64,000 nt of DNA from Saccostrea cucullata (taxonomy: Eukaryota). The stretch's first letter is position 1. Every line of letters starts with the position of its first letter. Under the pieces are notes generated by a model. The model was not told where the DNA came from, made no database searches, and worked only from the letters and a program-made list of their open reading frames with translations. The position numbers and the translations under genes were made by a program. This document shows positions 36,309 to 46,374 of this stretch, in pieces. Location of the stretch: positions 1-64,000 of the forward strand of contig NW_026936106.1 of the NCBI RefSeq assembly GCF_032062105.1. Reading direction: 5' to 3'.

Positions 36309-39300
36309 TCAAGGGTTTAACCAGTTCTTGATCTTGTCTACTGCTCTACAGGCGGCTTGTCTCTTAGGTCTCTCTTGTGGTGAGTCTCTAACATCCGCTT
36401 CTGTTTTTGAATTGGTCACCATGGGATTTTCGGATGAGACACTTTTATCACTTTCGGTACTTTGATCCTTCCTGTCATTGGACTCTGTTTCCTTTGAACA
36501 CTCGATCGGATATAAAAGATTTAGTGGCCTATTAAGGGTCTTCTTATTTGGAAGTAAAACCTTTCCGGAACGGATCTGTCCATCTCGACTAACAGTCAGT
36601 TCACACAAACGTCCTACTTTCCAGGTTCCACGCGGAAGTTCATCTTTAACCAACACCACATCTCCCATCCTTGGCTCCATACTGTGCTGAATTCTTCCTT
36701 CCTTCAGTCTGTATGCTGTTCTTTCTCGCAAACTCAGGAGATAGTCATCTCGCCAAGATTTCCAAAAGGCATCAAGATGTTTTTGTCCCTTCTTCCATGT
36801 CTGTAATAACTTCTCAGCACTGCTGATGTTAGGTATATACTCTGTGTCCTCGGTATCTTCTTCTTCACTATCAGGAATACCAATTTTAGGATTCAGTGTC
36901 AGGAAGTGAGCTGGTGTGAGAATTATGTTAGAATTTATGTCATCTCCCACATAAACTAATGGCCTTGAATTAACAACTGCCTCTGTCTCTGCTAATAGAG
37001 TTCTTAGTTGTTCACTTGTAAGACACAGCTTCCCAATAGCTTTCCGTAGGCATCTCTTCACTACTCCAATGAGACGCTCGTAGAAGCCTCCCATCCATGG
37101 GGCCAGTTCGACTATGAACTGCCATTTGATATCTTCATTTGCGATATAGCTCTGCACATCTGGATCCCTGACTGTTGAGGTCCAAATTTTCTCTAGCGCA
37201 CTACTTGCCAACTTAAACTGGGAAGCATTGTCAGAGATAAGTTCTTTCGGTTTTCCCCATCGAGCAATGAATCGTCTCAAGCCAAGAAGGAACTCTTCGG
37301 TCGACATATCTTGCATAAGCTCGAGATGGATACCTCTGGTGACTAAACATGTGAATAGGCACACCCACACTTTCTTGGTCCCAGTGTCTGTTTTCACATA
37401 AATAGGGCCGAAGTAGTCGACACCAGTGTAAGTAAATGGCGAAGCCTCATTCACTCTCTTCTTTGGTAAGGGTGGCATTACAGGCATTCTGTATGGTCCA
37501 CCTTCATGTCGCTTGCATATACTACAATTCTGCAGTACTCTTCTCACTTGAGAACGTCCTTGAGGAATCCAATATGTCTGTCGGATTAAGGATAGTGTTT
37601 GAGATATTCCAACATGAAGTGATTTCCTGTGGTAACTGTCTATGAGTAGATCTGTCACATGATTTTTCTTTGGCAGTAAAATTGGTGTTCTAGCTCCTTC
37701 AGTCAAGTGGGCAGCTCCAAGTCGACCAACGCATCTTATAATTTTGTCTTCATCCAAAATGAGTCCTAATTGGTTAACTAAGTTAAGCCTCTTTCCTTCT
37801 GTTAAAGCACTCTTTACCTCTTTATAGTTCTCATTTTGGATACTCCTTATCCAGAGTAACTTTGCCCCACTCAGTTCTGTTGCAGTTAATGTATCAGAAA
37901 ATGACTTTTCCTTCTTAATTTTGCTGATGAATCTTAGTATCCATGCCGATACTCTGACTAACTTAACGAAGGACGAAAATTGCTTGTCGTCTATGCTAAA
38001 TGGGTTCTTGCATTCAGCAGGAGTGTCCGAGCATCCGTGACGACCCTCCCCCACTAACAGTTTGGTTTCATACACTCTAGATTTCTTGTACTCTGAAGCA
38101 ATAGCTTCACTGTGATTTTCACTCGGAGTTGGATTCCATATCGGCCACTGACTTTTGCTTTCTTTCAGCCATGCTGGGCCATTCCACCACTGTCTGTTTT
38201 CTTTCAATATTTCCACTGTACTACCTCTGGTAGCAATATCTGCTGGATTATCAGTAGAAGCCACATATTGAAATTCAAGGTCACTGCTCTTCTGAATTTC
38301 CTTCACTCTGTTCTCCACAAAAACTGTCAAGGGCTTCTTAGTCTTTATCCAATGTAAAACACACTGCGAGTCTGTCCAGAGTATTTTCGCACACACTGTT
38401 AGTTTTAGTTGACTCTGAACGAAGTTTAGGCTCCTTACTCCAATGAGAAGTGCTAGAAGTTCAAGACGAGGCATGGTAATTGTCTTTGTCGGTGCTAGAC
38501 GAGTCTTGGAAAATAACAAGTTGCTGATGCTTGAATTGGTAGTTGTCATCTGAAGGTAAATGGCAGTGGCAAATGCCTTTGCAGATGCGTCACAAAAACA
38601 CAAAAGTCTGTAAGACACCTCTCCTGACAGTCCTATATATCTTGGAATCTGACCCTTTGGAATCCCTCCTAAATCTGCTCTTATCTCTCTCCACTGCTGT
38701 ATATATTCTTCTGTGAGTGCTTCATCCCACTCAAAATTTTTCTTCCACAGAGTCTGAAGAAAAAGTTTTGCCTTTAATGTCACAGGTGTGAAAAATCCAA
38801 GAGGGTCGAATATTGATGCAACTACTTGGAGTACTTCTCGTTTGGTAACTGGTTCTGTCTTACTCATACAATTTCCACATGGCACTGAAAGTACATCCTC
38901 CATAAGATTCCAAGTCAATCCAAGTATTTTTAACTTTTCTCTAGCTGATTGATCTTCATCAGGTATGGTCTCATAAAAGTCCTTGGCATTAGATGCCCAA
39001 TCTCTCAAGTTCATGGATATACTACTGAATATCTCCTTGGCCTCCCTGTATAGAATTTCTGCTTCTTGAATGTTATCAACTCCTGTAATAACATTATCTA
39101 CATAAATATTGTTTCGGATGTTTTCAGCTGTCTTGCTTTCATATGTACTAAGGTGATGGTCAATAGTTGCCGCAAGTAAGAATGGACTTGAGATCACACC
39201 AAAAGGCACTCTGCAAAATCTGTACACTTGTACATTGCTGTCTACTGTAGCCTTGTTAGCATCCTTCAACCAGAAGAATCTAGTAGCATCACGGTCTTCC

Positions 39301-41927
39301 TCCTGTAAGCCAATTTGTAAGAACGCTTTCTCAATGTCTGCTGTTATTCCTATCTTCTTAAGTCTAAAGCGCATCAGAAGTCCACATAAATCATGCAGCA
39401 TCACAGGTCCCCTGTGCAAACACTCATTCAAGCTGGTTTTCTTATGTCCTGACTTAGCCGATGCATCATACACAATCCTTACCTTTGTAGTAGGTTTGGT
39501 CAAATCTATCACTGCATGATGAGGTATATAATGCTTAATACCTGTCTCTCTTTGTTGGGATGGAATTTTCTCTATAATTCCCTTTTTACACTGGTCCTGA
39601 ATAATGTCATCATACTTGTGCAGTAAATCAGGGTTACACTGTAACTTGTGAAGTAGGGACTTTAGCCTTCCATACGCTAGTTCCCGATTTTCTGGTAGCT
39701 CAGGAAATTCTTCTTTCCATGGCCAGGTGACTTGATATCTTTTGTTTTCCATTTTCAGTGTGCTGTTGAAATTTTTCAGCGCTTTCTCATCATCTGAAGT
39801 GTGGGGAGAATCTTGAATCCCAATAGTCTCCAGCTTCCAGAATTCATCAATAGAAGGTTTAAATGGCAAGTACTCATCCACGGCAGAATGAAGGCAACAC
39901 TCTGTCAAAGATAAAGTTCCATTGGTTATCATCATCACTTGCTCCTCCTCTTTACTGTAAGCTTCTTGGGTCCTTCCAGTGAGAATCCACCCAAGTCTGG
40001 AAGCTAGTAAATAAAATCCCTTTTGAATTTCAATTCTTTCTGGCAAAATCAAATCCAGGTAATAATCATTACCTATCAGAATGTCAATTGTTGAGTTTTC
40101 AAAATTCACTGGTAGAGTGTCTGCTAACTGAAGATTTTTCCACAGACTTTGGCATTTCAATTGTACGTCCTTGGGGATAGGCTTCCTTTGTACTGTTCCT
40201 GTAATGCTGGGTACAACATTTGCTTCAATACTAAGATAAAGTCTATCTTTGAGTTTCATTTTCAGGGAAACTTTGGGTGTCTTCACAATCTTTGGCTTCT
40301 CTGCACCAAAAGTTATGAGGGAAATCTTCTCTGTCGTAAGAATCTTCAACTTTAATTTCTCAGCCAAGTTTTCTGTTATGTAGGTTCTCTGGGATCCTGA
40401 GTCCATGAGAAGTCTTGCTGGTTCTGAATTTTCTCCATTGTGGTTTGTCACCTCTGTTTGAGCCGTCTGCATCAAAACAATATCCCCTGATGATAATAAA
40501 CTATTCTCAGAACTCTGAGAAAAGTTTGAAGTCTCTTGTTTGCTACACACTTCCTCGGTCAAATGTGAACTTTCTCTCTGACGTACAGAAAACTTCTTAG
40601 GACACAAACTTCTGTGGTGGTCACGAGTCTGTCTACAGTGATAACATGCCTTATCCACTCTGCATTCCTTACTTCTATGTCCAGGCTTTAAGCAAATAAA
40701 ACACTTCCCTCTGAGTCTCTGTTTTCTATCCTCTATAGTTCTGTACTTTCTGCACTCATCTGTCCAATGTCTGCCCTCACAGAATGTACACACTGGAGGC
40801 TTCCCTGAAATTCCAGGCGGTCTGCTTTGTCTAAATGATGAGTCCTTAGTGGATATCACAAGGGCTTCTGCTGTAGTATGCTTTTCCTCATGTACAGGGA
40901 CACTAGAGGCTTGAATTTCTGACGATTCCTTGACTTTTATGTAGTTTTTCATCAACTCTCTCAATTTCTGAACTGTCCATTTTTCCTTTGGCCCTTTCTG
41001 TATTTCAAGCTGAAGCAGAGTTTCTTTAGGTAGCTTTGATGTTATCATTGAGACAAACACATCTTGGTTCACATCCTGATGTAACGCTTCTAGGCTCCTC
41101 AGATGTCTCTCGAGGTCATCATTTAACTTCCGCAGGCTTGACGTGTCATTTGTAGCTGACTGTGTATTAATGAGTTCTACATAATGTTTGTTGATAACTG
41201 ATTGGATGTCTCCAAACCTCTCTCTTAGAGTGGCAACAGCTACGTCATAGTTTTCATTTGAAAGTGAAAGTCCAGAAATAGCTTCTTGAGCTGCTCCTTT
41301 CAATTTGCTCTTTAGGTAATTAAATTTCTCTATGTTGGAGAGCTTTGGATTCTTATGAACAGTGGCCTCAAAGGCATCCCAGAATTCCTTGAACTTGATT
41401 TTGTCTCCACTGTAAGTAGGAAGTTCTAACTTGGGTAGTTTAACAGCTACCGGACCCGTCTTTGGAGTGTGTTGTTGAATCGACAACTCTTGAAAATGAA
41501 GTATCTGTTCCTGCATTCTCGCCTGTAAATGAATCATCTGTTCTAGTCTTGGGTCTGTCATTTCAGCAGGTTTTTTCAGAATTGATAGGTTTTCTTGTAG
41601 TGCTTTCTCTAGAATAATCAGCTGATCTGTGTGTTCACTTGCTTTGGTCAATAAAAGAAACACCTTTTCACTGTCTTCACTAAATTTCTCTTCTTCGCCT
41701 TGTTTAAGCTCTTTGTCTTCTATTGCCAATGACCACTTCTCCATTGTCTCTTCAAGTTTGGCACTGAATTCCTTTATACGTCTAATTGATGTTTCAACAT
41801 TTTTTAGGAGAGCCGATGGATCCTCCTCTGAAATGTCGGCCGTCACAAATTCTTCACTCCTTTTCATCTCTTTATCTATAAGATTCCTGTACCTGGTACA
41901 GAGTCCCTTGAGATAGGTCACAGACAT
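36309..41927 (-). CDS. Intact BEL/Pao gag-pol polyprotein (1872 aa)
   Basis: Gag KLPKLELPTYSGD, three Cys/His knuckles, protease LMDSGSQ, RT YVDN, RNase H, HHCC/DDE integrase and C-terminal domain in a single ORF. Confidence 0.95.
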   Translation of the reverse strand: MSVTYLKGLCTRYRNLIDKEMKRSEEFVTADISEEDPSALLKNVETSIRRIKEFSAKLEETMEKWSLAIEDKELKQGEEEKFSEDSEKVFLLLTKASEHTDQLIILEKALQENLSILKKPAEMTDPRLEQMIHLQARMQEQILHFQELSIQQHTPKTGPVAVKLPKLELPTYSGDKIKFKEFWDAFEATVHKNPKLSNIEKFNYLKSKLKGAAQEAISGLSLSNENYDVAVATLRERFGDIQSVINKHYVELINTQSATNDTSSLRKLNDDLERHLRSLEALHQDVNQDVFVSMITSKLPKETLLQLEIQKGPKEKWTVQKLRELMKNYIKVKESSEIQASSVPVHEEKHTTAEALVISTKDSSFRQSRPPGISGKPPVCTFCEGRHWTDECRKYRTIEDRKQRLRGKCFICLKPGHRSKECRVDKACYHCRQTRDHHRSLCPKKFSVRQRESSHLTEEVCSKQETSNFSQSSENSLLSSGDIVLMQTAQTEVTNHNGENSEPARLLMDSGSQRTYITENLAEKLKLKILTTEKISLITFGAEKPKIVKTPKVSLKMKLKDRLYLSIEANVVPSITGTVQRKPIPKDVQLKCQSLWKNLQLADTLPVNFENSTIDILIGNDYYLDLILPERIEIQKGFYLLASRLGWILTGRTQEAYSKEEEQVMMITNGTLSLTECCLHSAVDEYLPFKPSIDEFWKLETIGIQDSPHTSDDEKALKNFNSTLKMENKRYQVTWPWKEEFPELPENRELAYGRLKSLLHKLQCNPDLLHKYDDIIQDQCKKGIIEKIPSQQRETGIKHYIPHHAVIDLTKPTTKVRIVYDASAKSGHKKTSLNECLHRGPVMLHDLCGLLMRFRLKKIGITADIEKAFLQIGLQEEDRDATRFFWLKDANKATVDSNVQVYRFCRVPFGVISSPFLLAATIDHHLSTYESKTAENIRNNIYVDNVITGVDNIQEAEILYREAKEIFSSISMNLRDWASNAKDFYETIPDEDQSAREKLKILGLTWNLMEDVLSVPCGNCMSKTEPVTKREVLQVVASIFDPLGFFTPVTLKAKLFLQTLWKKNFEWDEALTEEYIQQWREIRADLGGIPKGQIPRYIGLSGEVSYRLLCFCDASAKAFATAIYLQMTTTNSSISNLLFSKTRLAPTKTITMPRLELLALLIGVRSLNFVQSQLKLTVCAKILWTDSQCVLHWIKTKKPLTVFVENRVKEIQKSSDLEFQYVASTDNPADIATRGSTVEILKENRQWWNGPAWLKESKSQWPIWNPTPSENHSEAIASEYKKSRVYETKLLVGEGRHGCSDTPAECKNPFSIDDKQFSSFVKLVRVSAWILRFISKIKKEKSFSDTLTATELSGAKLLWIRSIQNENYKEVKSALTEGKRLNLVNQLGLILDEDKIIRCVGRLGAAHLTEGARTPILLPKKNHVTDLLIDSYHRKSLHVGISQTLSLIRQTYWIPQGRSQVRRVLQNCSICKRHEGGPYRMPVMPPLPKKRVNEASPFTYTGVDYFGPIYVKTDTGTKKVWVCLFTCLVTRGIHLELMQDMSTEEFLLGLRRFIARWGKPKELISDNASQFKLASSALEKIWTSTVRDPDVQSYIANEDIKWQFIVELAPWMGGFYERLIGVVKRCLRKAIGKLCLTSEQLRTLLAETEAVVNSRPLVYVGDDINSNIILTPAHFLTLNPKIGIPDSEEEDTEDTEYIPNISSAEKLLQTWKKGQKHLDAFWKSWRDDYLLSLRERTAYRLKEGRIQHSMEPRMGDVVLVKDELPRGTWKVGRLCELTVSRDGQIRSGKVLLPNKKTLNRPLNLLYPIECSKETESNDRKDQSTESDKSVSSENPMVTNSKTEADVRDSPQERPKRQAACRAVDKIKNWLNP

Positions 41928-41981
41928 TTTCTTTTAGTTGAGTCAACACAATACGAAAGCTTTTTGGTTCCCACAACGGCT

Positions 41982-41999
41982 TCCCGGGTTCCGGCACCA
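41982..41999 (-). promoter_or_regulatory. Primer-binding site TGGTGCCGGAACCCGGGA (tRNA-Phe-like); further copies at 35540-35557 and 44226-44243
   Basis: 5 nt downstream of the LTR end; one mismatch (G:U compatible) to the complement of the tRNA-Phe 3' end TGGTGCCGAAACCCGGGA. Confidence 0.75.
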
Positions 42000-42004
42000 A
42001 TCAA

Positions 42005-42531
42005 TGTGGCGACTGTCTATCAGTTTCTTGAATGATCACACAGGTTTTTCCTTTTTCCATTTTATATACATATGCAAACATATAAACAGTACAAAAACAA
42101 ACATACATTAGACTGAAAGTAAGAAACATGCCACATTGGAAATAGTTACAACATACATATTATCTCAAAATCCTAGAAATATGTGTCTACTACTGCACAA
42201 GCTCTTCTATTAAGTCTACCTTTTAGCTTAATTCTACAAGTGACTGAAATATATATCAAAAACTTTAATTAAACGATCTGACTATCTCTGACTTCTGACA
42301 AAAGTCTGCTACACTACTGCTCTACTTATTTCCTGTTTCTAAAACTAGACAAAAGATAAACAAACGGATAAAAACGGAAACGGACTAAAAAATACACCAT
42401 AAACTCTGACCTGACAAAAACGGACACATAAATAATTACACTTATGACATACAATAACAATGTCAGAAAATCATAATAAAATAGAAATGAATAGGAAATT
42501 AAACATTGTTAATGTTAACACATTCACAACA
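42005..42531 (-). repeat. Internal LTR (527 bp)
   Basis: Near-identical to 30993-31519; shared between two units. Confidence 0.93.
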
Positions 42532-42551
42532 CTCCCGCGACCAAAAATGAA

Positions 42552-44161
42552 TCATGGTTTTAACCAATCTTTGATCTTCTCTACTGCTCTACAGGCGGCT
42601 CGTCTCTTAGGTCTCTCTTGTGGTGAGTCTCTAGCATCCGCTTCTGTTTTTGAATTGGTCACCGTGGGATTTTCGGATGAGACACTTTTATCACTTTCGG
42701 TACTTTGATCCTTCCTGTCATTGGACTCTGTTTCCTTTGAACACTCGATCGGATATAAAAGATTTAGTGGCCTATTAAGGGTCTTCTTATTTGGAAGTAA
42801 AACCTTTCCGGAACGGATCTGTCCATCTCTGCTAACGGTCAGTTCACACACACGTCCTACTTTCCAGGTTCCACGCGGAAGTTCATCTTTAACCAACACC
42901 ACATCTCCAATCCTTGGCTCCATACTGTGCTGAATTCTTCCTTCCTTCAGTCTGTATGCTGTTCTTTCTCGCAAACTCAGGAGATAGTCATCTCGCCAGG
43001 ATTTCCAAAAGGCATCAAGATGTTTTTGTCCCTTCTTCCATGTCTGTAATAACTTCTCAGCACTGCTGATGTTAGGTAGATACTCTGTGTCCTCTGTATC
43101 TTCTTCTTCACTATCAGGAATACCAATTTTAGGATTCAGTGTCAGGAAGTGAGCTGGTGTGAGAATTATGTTAGAATTTATGTCATCTCCCACATAAACT
43201 AATGGCCTTGAATTAACAACTGCCTCAGTCTCTGCTAATAGAGTTCTTAGTTGTTCACTTGTAAGACACAGTTTCCCAATAGTTTTTCGTAGGCATCTCT
43301 TCACTACTCCAATGAGACGCTCGTAGAAGCCTCCCATCCATGGGGCCAGTTCGACTATGAACTGCCATTTGATATCTTCATTTGCGATATAGCTCTGCAC
43401 ATCTGGATCCCTGACTGTTGAGGTCCAAATTTTCTCAAGCGCACTACTTGCCAACTTAAACTGGGAAGCATTGTCAGAGATAAGTTCTTTCGGTTTTCCC
43501 CATCGAGCAATGAATCGTCTCAAGCCAAGAAGGAACTCTTCAGTCGACATATCTTGCATAAGCTCGAGATGGATACCTTTGGATTTTTATGAACAGTGGC
43601 CTCAAAGGCATCCCAGAATTCCTTGAACTTGATTTTGTCTCCACTGTAAGTAGGAAGTTCTAACTTGGGTAGTTTAACAGCTACCGGGCCCGTCATTGGA
43701 GTGTGTTGTTGAATCGACAACTCTTGAAAATGAAGTATCTGTTCCTGCATTCTCGTCTGTAAATGAATCATCTGTTCTAGTCTTGGGTCTGTCATTTCAG
43801 TAGGTTTTTTCAGCATTGATAGGTTTTCTTGTAGTGCTTTCTCTAGAATAATCAGCTGATCTGTGTGTTCACTCGCTTCGGTCAATAGAAGAAACACCTT
43901 TTCACTGTCTTCACTAAATTTCTCTTCTTCACCTTGTTTGGGCTCTTTGTCTTCTATCGCCAATGACCACTTCTCCATTGTCTCTTCAAGTTTAGCACTG
44001 AATTCCTTTATACGTCTAATTGATGTTTCCACATTTTTTAGGAGAGCCGATGGATCCTCCTCTGAAATGTCTGCCGTCACAAATTCTTCACTCTTTTTCA
44101 TCTCTTTATCTATAAGATTCCTGTACCTGGTACAGAGTCCCTTGAGATACGTTACTGACAT
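42552..44161 (-). pseudogene. Internally deleted BEL/Pao unit: gag 5' part fused out of frame to the integrase 3' part (junction ~43577)
   Basis: ORFs 43520-44161 and 42552-43559; junction ggatac-ct-ttggat. Confidence 0.9.
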
Positions 44162-44248
44162 TTTCTTTTACTTACTTTTAGTTTGGTTAACACAATACGA
44201 AAGCTTTTTCGTTCCCTCAACGGTCTCCCGGGTTCCGGCACCAATCAA

Positions 44249-44574
44249 TGTGGCGACTGACTACTGATCCTGAATATAACACTGTTTTCTAGTTTCACAT
44301 TTATTTAATAAACATGATAAACAAGCACATAAACATTCAACGATCTACCTTTCTATCTTCTGCTCTACTTATTTCCTGTTTCTAAAACTAGACAAAAGAT
44401 AAACAAACGGACAAAAACGGAAACGGACTAAAAAATACACCATAAACTCTGACCTGACAAAAACGGACACATAAATAATTACACTTATGACATACAATAA
44501 CAATGTCAGAAAATCATAATAAAATAGAAATGAATAGGAAATTAAACATTGTTAATGTTAACACATTCACAACA
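44249..44574 (-). repeat. 5'-terminal LTR (326 bp, chimeric, different U5)
   Basis: 44357-44574 matches the 30993 LTR; ~44260-44356 does not. Confidence 0.88.
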
Positions 44575-44719
44575 ACAGTTGCGTCATTCTAAAAGACAGC
44601 CAAAATCAGGGGCCATAAAAGAGTCTTACCCATCTTGTCCTTTATAATTATATATAAAAACAAACAAACTGTATGTTGAATGAAATAAGTTAGCCAAAAC
44701 ATGATTCTACATTGTATAT

Positions 44720-45031
44720 ACTGTAAAATCGGCATATTTTCGTTGGGTCAAATTTTTGAGGTTTAATGAAGGGAAAAATATATTGTTCTGTATATGGACT
44801 TGATTCCGTTGTCGGAAAATGTTAGGTAGTAATGCATACTGTAAAATCACGTATTTTCGTGGGGTCAAATTTTCGTGGTTTGAGGTAAAACTCTTGGTTT
44901 GTGGGGATTTAAATTCGTGGATGAGGAATTGTTGAGAACGTAACATGTAACCTTTTACATTTCGTGGTGGACATGAATTCGTGGGTGTGTTCATACCTCG
45001 AAAGTAACGAAAATTAGCGATTTCACAGTAT
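44720..45031. mobile_element. Small tactgta...cacagta MITE(s)
   Basis: tactgtaaaatc starts at ~44720 and ~44837; gatttcacagta end; ttcgtgg repeats. Confidence 0.5.
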
Positions 45032-46374
45032 ATGAAATTTTACATATATAATGAGCCTTCTGCTCAGGTGAGCTAATAAGTCAGCATAAATATTTTGCAA
45101 AGTTGCAACCTCTACATACATGTACTACAAGTATAATTGAATTTGACGTTGCTAATAACATGAATAATCAGTTAATCTTTCTTTAATTCAGTTAATCTTT
45201 CATTTATTTACACGTATGATAATGTACATGTACTTCCATAAAAAACAGAGTGATCCCATTCCACCTTAATTACTATGAATTAGTTCAGGATCAACTTTAC
45301 ATAAAACATCCGTACACAAACATTAAGCTTTCACTTTGAAGGAATCTGCAAGTAAATAAGTTCATGATTTAAGGAAATCTGCATTAATGTTAAAACAAAA
45401 ACAATTACTGGGTAGGTAACCGCTTTCCACACTGTCTCATAAATTCATTCATGCAAATATTGAAATGTTTCATATTGATCAGTAATTATAAGAAATTATA
45501 ATCGATCAATTTAAAAAAAAAAAATAATATTTTAAGACATAGATTAACATATCAAATGAACTTTAGTATTTAAAACAAGATGTGTTTGTAAAACATTATG
45601 CACCCAGCGGCAACAAAGTGCAAAAAGCTATTTTTAGCAAATATTTTGGACACAGTCAGGGTCACAGGTCATTGACTTGGTGTCATTTGAAAGAATTTGA
45701 TTAGTGGAGTATGCATAGCAAATATGAAGTTTCTATCTCTTATGGTTCAGAAGTTATGGCGAAGGTTCGAACATCTCCAAGTTATTGAAACTTCGAATTT
45801 CTGGTAGGGTTTCAATGACACGTCCTTGCACTTTCACAAATTATAATTTTATTCTTAATACTTCAGAAAAATGGCAATTTCGTTGTATATTAATGAAAAA
45901 TATTAAAACTGCAATCTAGAAAATTCAGAGTAAAAATGTTCGAAAAGAAAACGCGCTTACAGTATAAAATCAGTACTTGCTCAGTTTTGGGCAGACTTAA
46001 CAATTAAGCACGCCCGGTGAATCGTAAACATTTACAATGACAGAACTTGTGCCCTGTTTACTAAAACAGCTTATGTTTCACAAGTGTACATGTATATATT
46101 TTGTTAAACTGTACAGAACACTGAGCACGCACTGGCGACACTAGTTAGGGGGTTTTACTTGTTAGAAGACCTTCCACTGGTACCAACAATTTAGACCTTG
46201 GAGTTTAACTTGCATTTCAGAGATTTCAACCCTCGCCACAAGCAGCTCTTCGAGGGCATCATTGTTTCTCATGTACATCTTTTTAATCAATTTAAGTTAT
46301 TTAAGTGATTTTCCACACTATCGATATTCGAGATATATCGATTCAGCTGATAAATGGAAATACAAATATAAGTT

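Larger units (their letters stand above)
30993..44574 (-). mobile_element. Tandem BEL/Pao LTR-retrotransposon array (4 LTRs, 3 internal units) with a single 5-bp TSD ACAGT
   Basis: TSD at 30988-30992 and 44575-44579; TG...CA LTRs; PBS upstream of each gag; GGTCG(C/T)GGGAG PPT before three LTRs. Confidence 0.95.

Noticed and set aside
31448-44267. Plus-strand ORFs within the retrotransposon array
   Set aside because: Antisense shadows of gag-pol, repeated only because the units are repeated.
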